From contig CAWFJJ010000029.1 in the NCBI GenBank assembly GCA_963816185.1, positions 128,001 through 192,000 of the forward strand: a DNA stretch of 64,000 nt, in the 5' to 3' direction. The notes below the pieces were generated by a model that made no database searches, had not been told where the DNA came from, and saw only the letters and a list, made by a program, of their open reading frames with translations. This DNA comes from Thermoanaerobaculia bacterium. Lineage in GTDB: Bacteria > Acidobacteriota > Thermoanaerobaculia > UBA5066. The position numbers and the translations under genes are program-made. Shown here piece by piece: positions 57,675 to 64,000 of the stretch (position 1 is the first letter of the stretch; each line of letters opens with the position of its first letter).

Positions 57675-59287
57675 AGAGAGTCCTCGATTTTCTCCAGTCG
57701 CGGGGTGGCCTCACCTCGTTCTGGCGGGCGTTCGCCGACGAGCCCGTCTCCGTCCGCCGCGCGTGGCTCTTCACGCTGGGGTCCGCGGCGCTCGCCGTGT
57801 TCCTCGTCCAGTTCGTCACCGGGTTCGCGCTCGCGCTCGCGTATGCGCCCACGCCGGACCACGCATGGGAAAGCGTAAAGGCGATCCAGACGAGGCTCTT
57901 CGCGGGAGGGCTCGTGCGGGGCCTCCACCACTGGGGCGCCTCGGCGATGGTCGTCCTCGCCGTCCTTCACATGGCCCGGACGTTCGTCTTCGGCGCGTAT
58001 CGCAAGCCGCGCGAGCTGAACTGGCTCGCGGGTCTCGCGCTCCTTCTCCTCGTCCTCGCATTCGGCTTCACGGGCTATCTCCTCCCGTGGGATCAGAAGG
58101 CGTACTGGGCGACGGTCGTCGGCACGAAGGTCCCGGCGGCTCTTCCCCTCGTCGGGCCGGCGGCGTCGCGCCTCATGGCGGGCGGGCCCGCCGTCGGCGC
58201 CGCGACACTGACGCGTTTCTACGCGCTCCACGTTGTGCTGCTGCCGCTCCTCACGTTCGGCTTCATCGCCGTCCATCTCCTCCTTCTGCGCCGGCACTCC
58301 CACGCGGGCCCCACGACGGACCCCGATCCGAAAGAGCCGTTCTTCCCGTTCCAGGCGGCGCGCGACGGCGCCGTGATTCTCGCCGTCGTTCTCGCGCTCT
58401 TTTGGCTCGCCGCACGGCACCCCGCGCCGCTCGAAAGGCTCGCCGATCCGACGGACACGACATCCGTACCGCGCCCCGAGTGGTATTTCCTGCCGCTCTT
58501 CCAGCTCCTGAAGGTCTTCAAGGGACCGTTCGAGCCGATCGGCACCGCGGTCCTTCCGGGCCTCTCGATGCTTCTCCTCGCACTCGTGCCGTGGCTCGAC
58601 CGAGGCGCCTCGCGACGGCCTCGCGACCGGCGGGCCATCCTCGCGGCGGGCGGCGCCGCGGCAGCGCTGCTCCTCGGCCTTCTCTATCTGGGCGCCCTCG
58701 ACACGCCGAAGGCCCCGCGCTCGGGTCTCGAAGCCGGCTCAGAGGGGCCGCCGGCCCCCCGCCTTCTCGGCGGCCTCGCGTCGTACGAGAGGAGAGGCTG
58801 TGCGTCGTGCCACGGGACGGATGGCCGGCCGGCGGCCCAGGCCCCGCCGAATGCGGTCGGCCTCGCAGCGCGTGCGTACGCTCTCCAGGGCGACGCGCTC
58901 GTCACCCACGTGAAAGAGAAGAGCGTCAAACCGGCCGCCGACGACGAGGACGGCGAGAATCCGGACAAGGACGTGCCGTCCCTCCTCGCGTACGTCGAAG
59001 CGATTTCGAAGGACGGCGTCAAGCTCTCCGCATTGCCGGAGCCGATCCGCGTCGGCGGCGCCGCGATCGACCGCGAGGACTGCCGGCAGTGCCACCAGCT
59101 CTACGGGGATGGAGGGCGGCGCGGTCCCGCGCTCCAGCACCTCCTCGGCAAACGCGACAAGGACTGGCTCGTCGCGCACTTCAAGGAGCCGAAGAAGCTC
59201 GTGCCGGGCTCGAAGATGCCGCCGTTCAAGTTCCTGCCCGAGGCGGAGCTCCAGGCGATGGCGGACTACCTGCTCGCAGTGCCGTAG
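57671..59287 (+). CDS. cytochrome b fused to a C-terminal diheme cytochrome c
   Basis: Heme b ligand segments LHHWGAS, VLHMAR, ALHVV, AVHLL; GYLLPWDQ; PEWY; CASCH and CRQCH; PGSKMP. Confidence 0.9.
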   Translation: MKRVLDFLQSRGGLTSFWRAFADEPVSVRRAWLFTLGSAALAVFLVQFVTGFALALAYAPTPDHAWESVKAIQTRLFAGGLVRGLHHWGASAMVVLAVLHMARTFVFGAYRKPRELNWLAGLALLLLVLAFGFTGYLLPWDQKAYWATVVGTKVPAALPLVGPAASRLMAGGPAVGAATLTRFYALHVVLLPLLTFGFIAVHLLLLRRHSHAGPTTDPDPKEPFFPFQAARDGAVILAVVLALFWLAARHPAPLERLADPTDTTSVPRPEWYFLPLFQLLKVFKGPFEPIGTAVLPGLSMLLLALVPWLDRGASRRPRDRRAILAAGGAAAALLLGLLYLGALDTPKAPRSGLEAGSEGPPAPRLLGGLASYERRGCASCHGTDGRPAAQAPPNAVGLAARAYALQGDALVTHVKEKSVKPAADDEDGENPDKDVPSLLAYVEAISKDGVKLSALPEPIRVGGAAIDREDCRQCHQLYGDGGRRGPALQHLLGKRDKDWLVAHFKEPKKLVPGSKMPPFKFLPEAELQAMADYLLAVP

Positions 59288-62082
59288 GGCCGCACCCTGG
59301 GCGGGGGAGGCCGTAAGACGCTGGTCGGGATGATCTCCGCCTCGCCGCCCGGGGGCTTCCATTTGAGGAAGATCTGGGCGTAGTCGCTCTCGTTCCAGAG
59401 CGTCACTTCGATGGCGTGAGGACCCTTGCCGAGGCGAGCGATGCTCTCGGAGTTCGTGAGTGCTCCAGGGTTGCGGACGATCTCCCGCCCGTCGAGGGCA
59501 ACCGTCGAACCGTCGATCGATTTGCTCGAGAATGTGTAATCGCCGTCCCGGGGCACCAGAAGCATGCCCTTCCAGCGGATCGAGAACGGGCGCTCGACCG
59601 GCACCTCATGGAAGTAGAACGCGACGCTCGGATCGATCCTCTGGAAGACCGGCGTCCCGCTGGCGTCGACGCCGTGGTAGTAGCTGCCGAGAAGGCCGCC
59701 GAAGTCGTAGCGGGGAGAAATCATCGCCGAGGCGGCAATCGGCATCAGCTCACCCCCCGCGCGCGCCCACCTCAGCGACGTCACGGAGGGGCGCGACACG
59801 AGGACGTCGAGGGCGATGTCGTGCATCCCGCGGGCGAGGTCGGCCACCAGCTCCCGCCCCCGCCCGGGAAACACGAGCCTGCCGCCGTCGATCGCGAGAG
59901 TGGCTCCTTCACCATCCGAGAGAGAGAGCGTGTAGGGGCCGTCCTCTCGGACGAGGAGACGCCCGCGAATGCGAGCCGAGAACGGAGGGTGTAGGGCCGC
60001 CTTCGACCAGTCCCAGTTGCTCTCGACGCTGCGCGTCGTCTCTCGGCGGGAGTCCGCCTCGAGCGTCGTCGTCCAGCCGCGAAGATCCTCGATTGAGGCG
60101 GCCGGAATGCGGACGATCGTCAGGATCGGCTCGCGAGCGGGACGCCCCGGCGGCGACGGGGGACCGAATTCCTCGAAGCTGGCTCCGGGGTAGAGACGCC
60201 CGAGCAGGTTCGCGGCCTCCGGGTCGTCGCGGCCGATGAAGACGATCGCCCGCCGGCCTCCCGTCTCGAGCGGGAGGTCGCGTCCGGAGAGAAAAGGGAC
60301 GCCATGAAATCGTTCTCCGACGAGGAGGCGGATCGTCGGGGACGTAAGCACCTGCGGCGGCACGAACGTGGCGACGTCTTTCCCCTCCGCCCCGATCACG
60401 TCGGCAATCTTGGTCTCCTGGGTCGACCAGTCGGCGAAAGAGCCCAGGTTGAACGGCTGCTCGTGGAAGAATACGCGCCAGGAATCCGCTCCGGCCCATG
60501 CGACGAGACTGACCGCGATCGCGGCGAATGCGCGGCGTGGCGCCAAGAGCCGAGTCGGAAGAAACCTGTACGTCGCCGTCAACGGGAGAACGCCTATCAG
60601 ACATGCGAACGGCAAGAGGCCGAGAGTTCGGGCGGCCTGGGGGGCTTCGAAGTCGAGGGAAAGAACGCCGGCCGCGAGGAAGGCGCCGAAGGTGAGAAGG
60701 AGCAAAAGCGCGCGCGGATCACGAAGCATCAGGAGGCAGAGGAAGAATCCGATGCCGAACAGAATTCCGGTCGAGGCCTCGAGCATCGGAGCGAGCGGGA
60801 GATTGTGCCGGCCGTTGACGTCCCCTTTGTAGTGGAACATTCCGGCGTGGCGGACGAGGCTCTCCCGGAGGACCTCGAGGGCGTGACGTCTCTCCGGCGA
60901 CGGCGTCACGAGAAGACGGGCAAGCGCGGCATAGGAGTCGACCTGAAGGGTGGTCGTCGCACGAAACCGCTCCGCGAAGTGCTCCGGGTTGCGACGCGCG
61001 AACTGTCCGAGCGGGGCGTAGGCGAAGGCGGCCGCTGAGAGCGTGAGCAGGAAAAGGCCTGCCGCCGCCAGGCGTTTCCTCGCCGGAGCGAACAGCCGCC
61101 TGAGGAACCAGACCGTCATGATCGCCGGGAGCACGACGACCGAAAAGTAGAGCTGCATCCCGAGCCCGAGCGAGAGCCCCGCCAGGACGGCGTCACGCGG
61201 ACTCCTCAAGCGTTGACTCCTGAGGAGAAGGAAGAGCACGAGCGGCGCGATCAACGTTGGGAAGACGATCGCCATCCCAAAGCGGCTGAAGTCGACGTGC
61301 CAGCGGCTGACGGCGAGGAAAGCCGCGGCGAGGAGGCCCGCTTCTTTCCCGAAGAGTTCGCGGCCCAGGAGCCACGTCGCGGCGAGCGCGAGGAGGCCCA
61401 CAGCCGTCGTTGCCGCGCGAACGCCGAGCGCCCGGTCCGGGAACATGTTCACGAACGGTGTGAAGAAATAGAACGCGAGCGCCGGCATCTTCGAAGCGCC
61501 CGCCACGAACACGGGACGGTACGCCGGCTCCTCCAGGATCCGCTTCGTGACGAGCGTGTTTTCCGCCTCGTCGAACCACACGCCGTACGGGTAAGTCTTC
61601 AGGGCGTGCAACCGAAAGGCGGCACCGACGGCGAGAATCAGGAGGAGCCCTGCAAGCTCCCAGCCGCGGACGCGTTCCTGTGGCGGGGAGGGCGCGGGGC
61701 GCCAGAGCACGAACCCGCCGGTGAGGGCGAGGAGAGCGAGAAGAAAAAGCGCCCATCCCGAACGGGAGACGCTCGCGCTGATGCCGAAGCGGTGGAGCGC
61801 CGCGAGGAGTAGAGCGCATCCGAGAAGCGACCCGGCAAGCGCGACGAGAAGCGTTCGGCGTGAAGGCGGCTGCGTCTCGGGCGCGTCCTCGGGTCCCGGC
61901 GGCAACGCGAAGGTCGTTCCGCACGCGAAGAGAGCGGCCGCGGCAACGAGGAGAAGGACGAACACCATCGGGGAAAGCCGCGCGGCCCCCACTCCCATGA
62001 GGCAACCCGCGAGAACGAGACCGAGAGCGAGCGCCGCTGTCCGAACGCGGGTGAAACCCGTGGCAGAGCCCGTTCCCTTCAT
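59266..62082 (-). CDS. GT-C (PMT/GT39-like) glycosyltransferase with two C-terminal PA14 domains
   Basis: GVWFDE, WH..FSR.G, GD.NGRHN, FSARIRG.L....G.Y, GL.G.YY, FSIRW.G, DGSTV.LDG, L.W.PP. Confidence 0.82.
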   Translation of the reverse strand: MKGTGSATGFTRVRTAALALGLVLAGCLMGVGAARLSPMVFVLLLVAAAALFACGTTFALPPGPEDAPETQPPSRRTLLVALAGSLLGCALLLAALHRFGISASVSRSGWALFLLALLALTGGFVLWRPAPSPPQERVRGWELAGLLLILAVGAAFRLHALKTYPYGVWFDEAENTLVTKRILEEPAYRPVFVAGASKMPALAFYFFTPFVNMFPDRALGVRAATTAVGLLALAATWLLGRELFGKEAGLLAAAFLAVSRWHVDFSRFGMAIVFPTLIAPLVLFLLLRSQRLRSPRDAVLAGLSLGLGMQLYFSVVVLPAIMTVWFLRRLFAPARKRLAAAGLFLLTLSAAAFAYAPLGQFARRNPEHFAERFRATTTLQVDSYAALARLLVTPSPERRHALEVLRESLVRHAGMFHYKGDVNGRHNLPLAPMLEASTGILFGIGFFLCLLMLRDPRALLLLLTFGAFLAAGVLSLDFEAPQAARTLGLLPFACLIGVLPLTATYRFLPTRLLAPRRAFAAIAVSLVAWAGADSWRVFFHEQPFNLGSFADWSTQETKIADVIGAEGKDVATFVPPQVLTSPTIRLLVGERFHGVPFLSGRDLPLETGGRRAIVFIGRDDPEAANLLGRLYPGASFEEFGPPSPPGRPAREPILTIVRIPAASIEDLRGWTTTLEADSRRETTRSVESNWDWSKAALHPPFSARIRGRLLVREDGPYTLSLSDGEGATLAIDGGRLVFPGRGRELVADLARGMHDIALDVLVSRPSVTSLRWARAGGELMPIAASAMISPRYDFGGLLGSYYHGVDASGTPVFQRIDPSVAFYFHEVPVERPFSIRWKGMLLVPRDGDYTFSSKSIDGSTVALDGREIVRNPGALTNSESIARLGKGPHAIEVTLWNESDYAQIFLKWKPPGGEAEIIPTSVLRPPPPRVRPYGTASR

Positions 62083-62193
62083 CACGCGCGGAAGCTCATC
62101 GCTGGCGAGCGAATTATCCTTCAAGGTTGTCGGTCCCTCCCGGGCGGAGCTAAACTCGAAAGGGCTCACGTCCACGAGCAGGTGAGGTGTCGA

Positions 62194-63258
62194 ATGGAGA
62201 GAAGTCCACTTTGCGTCCCGGGTTTGCGGACGGGGCGGAAGTTGGGGCCGACTCGCGTCGCCTTCGGAATCGCGCTCTCGGCTCTTTTTTGCGTCGCCAG
62301 CTGCGCGAAAAAGGAAGCTCCGGGTCCGGGCACGAAGACGACCGCCGCGGCGAAGACGGAATCTCCGGCTTCGCCGGAATCGGGAGCGGCAATGACCGCG
62401 GAGCAGATCGACGCGGCGCAGCGCTCGGCGATGAAGCTCGTGACGGATACGCCGCTCGCCAAGCTCCGCGTCCTGGCCGTCGTCACCGCCGGAGGAGGCG
62501 AGCCGTTGAATGGCCCGATGGGGATCGCCCTGGATGAGGCCGACAACCTCTACATTGCGGACACCGGGAACGCGCGAGTCGTGCGATGTGACAAGAACGG
62601 AAAGTACCTGGGAGCCTTCGGAGGGCCGGGAGACACGGACGGAAAGTTCAAGGCGCCGGTCGATCTCACGTTTGGCCCGGGGGGGAACCTCGCCGTCCTC
62701 GATCGCGGAACCGGCTTCGTCCAGGCGTTCTCGAAAGACGGGAAGTTCGTGGCGCGCGTCGTCGGGGGCGGAACCGGCGTCTACAACCCCGCCGGAATCG
62801 CGGCGAACGCGAACGCCTTGTTCGTCGCCGACACGGGCACCGGTCGCCTGCTCTCCTTCGCGCCGGGGAGTGCGAAGGGTCAGGAGCTGGCGCGGTCTGG
62901 CTGGGGTCCGGGTGAACTTCGCGAGCCGACCGGCGTCGCCGTGGACGGCGAGGGCATCCTCGTCGTCGACGACCAGAAGAAACAAGTCCTGAGCTATTCG
63001 CTCGACGGCAAGTTTCAGTCTTCCTTCGACACGCCGGCCGCGGGAATCATCCGCATCGTCCGCCTGAAAGACGGCTCGGCGCTCGTCGGAATCGAGCAGC
63101 TGGCTCGATACGACAAGGCGGGGAAGGTGATGGCTCGCTACGGGCAGGTCGGCAAGACGCCCGGCCAGTTCATCGGCCTGTCCGCCCTCGCCGTGGACAA
63201 GGCCGGGAACGTCTGGGTCGCCGACAGCACCCGCGTCCAGAAGGTCGCGCTCGAGTAA
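62194..63258 (+). CDS. NHL-repeat (beta-propeller) lipoprotein
   Basis: Lipobox VASC; repeats PMGIALD..DNLYIADTGN, P.GIA...LFVADTG, PTGVAVD, LAVD..GNVWVAD. Confidence 0.82.
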   Translation: MERSPLCVPGLRTGRKLGPTRVAFGIALSALFCVASCAKKEAPGPGTKTTAAAKTESPASPESGAAMTAEQIDAAQRSAMKLVTDTPLAKLRVLAVVTAGGGEPLNGPMGIALDEADNLYIADTGNARVVRCDKNGKYLGAFGGPGDTDGKFKAPVDLTFGPGGNLAVLDRGTGFVQAFSKDGKFVARVVGGGTGVYNPAGIAANANALFVADTGTGRLLSFAPGSAKGQELARSGWGPGELREPTGVAVDGEGILVVDDQKKQVLSYSLDGKFQSSFDTPAAGIIRIVRLKDGSALVGIEQLARYDKAGKVMARYGQVGKTPGQFIGLSALAVDKAGNVWVADSTRVQKVALE

Positions 63259-63270
63259 CGCCCGCTGCCC

Positions 63271-63999
63271 TCATTTCGGCGGAATGAGGTGCTTCTCGTC
63301 GAGCCACCCGAGGAGGCTCTTGGCGACGACGCCGTAGCCGTACGGCGTGTCATGACAATGGTCGTACAAGAGCCGTTCGTGGTGTGCGTCCCAGTCGGCC
63401 CGGAGCGGCGGGACGAGGTCGTAGAAGGGGATCCCGAGGCGTGAGCACATCCTCCGGCATCTGTTCTGCGGCTCGAAGTCCTGGACGGTGCCCATGATCT
63501 GGATGTGGACGGGGAAGAGGAAGACCGCCAGGGGCCGGCCGCTCTCGTCGACCGACTTCTTGAAGACCGACATCATCTCGCCGATGAGGTCCCACGCCTT
63601 CGGGTTCCAGCCGAGGCCGAAATCCATGTACGCGTTGTAGATCTCGAAGTCGAAGGCGTCCTTGTCGTGGAACATGTCGCCGGACTTCAGGTTCCGTTTT
63701 CCCTGGAAGACCTCCCGCCATTTCGGGTCGATGTCCTTGAGATTCGTCGGCCGGAAAAAGCGCGCGCTGAGGATCTGGGACCGCGAGGCGACCCACGAGA
63801 GAAAGCGGCTCTTCGCGAACGGGTACGGGATCGCGCGTGCGTAGAACTGGCCCGCGTTCACGGCGTCGTTCAGGTACATGCCGACGAGAACGAGGTCGGG
63901 ATCGACCTCGTCCTTCAGCTCCGTATAGAAATAGAACTCTTCCATCGTGCCGACGCCGGGAAGCCCCGCGTTGATGAAGCGGATCGTGCGTCGGCGACC
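63271..63999 (-). CDS. SGNH hydrolase-family protein, paralog of 55313-56506 (5' end outside window)
   Basis: FINAGLPG, GMYLND, SGDMF...FDFEIYNAYMDFGLGWN, FPVHIQ.MG, YDHCH. Confidence 0.85.
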   Translation of the reverse strand, partial: GRRRTIRFINAGLPGVGTMEEFYFYTELKDEVDPDLVLVGMYLNDAVNAGQFYARAIPYPFAKSRFLSWVASRSQILSARFFRPTNLKDIDPKWREVFQGKRNLKSGDMFHDKDAFDFEIYNAYMDFGLGWNPKAWDLIGEMMSVFKKSVDESGRPLAVFLFPVHIQIMGTVQDFEPQNRCRRMCSRLGIPFYDLVPPLRADWDAHHERLLYDHCHDTPYGYGVVAKSLLGWLDEKHLIPPK

Positions 64000-64000
64000 C

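Noticed and set aside
62083-62985. N-terminal 301 aa of ORF 59266..62985
   Set aside because: Antisense to the NHL lipoprotein; the membrane protein plausibly starts near 62082

Overview
High-GC (visually about 70%) bacterial chromosome segment. The gene content (Oar-type TonB-dependent receptor, bacillithiol genes, fused 2-oxoacid dehydrogenase E1, many GT-C membrane proteins) suggests an Acidobacteriota (Thermoanaerobaculia-like) genome; this is inferred, not demonstrated. The left third is mostly housekeeping: end of atpC, a methyltransferase-bshC-bshB1-bshA operon, add, pgk-tpiA-secG-tRNA-Leu(GAG), mtnA-tsaD-lepA-lepB, hslR, an ArsA/GET3 ATPase with a partner gene, and pyrK-pyrD-pyrF. The rest is rich in envelope-glycosylation genes (about seven GT-C-type domains including DUF2298/TIGR03662 and TIGR03663 families, PA14 and NHL domains, two SGNH paralogs). 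It also carries an octaheme HAO-family cytochrome lacking the cross-link Tyr next to an unusual diheme lipoprotein, a Rieske/cytochrome b-c pair and a frameshifted dinB. Best candidates for undescribed biology: (1) a LytS kinase / secreted JAMM-motif protein / LytTR regulator / TonB-receptor locus with 21-bp-phased CCGTC boxes at both promoters; (2) a sigma54-type promoter driving a ~93-nt sRNA with tandem anti-Shine-Dalgarno motifs after atpC, in a genome where many genes look leaderless; (3) the reductive HAO plus novel-domain cytochrome operon. No CRISPR array, rRNA, integrase or transposase was seen. All family calls are by motif recognition, without database searches.
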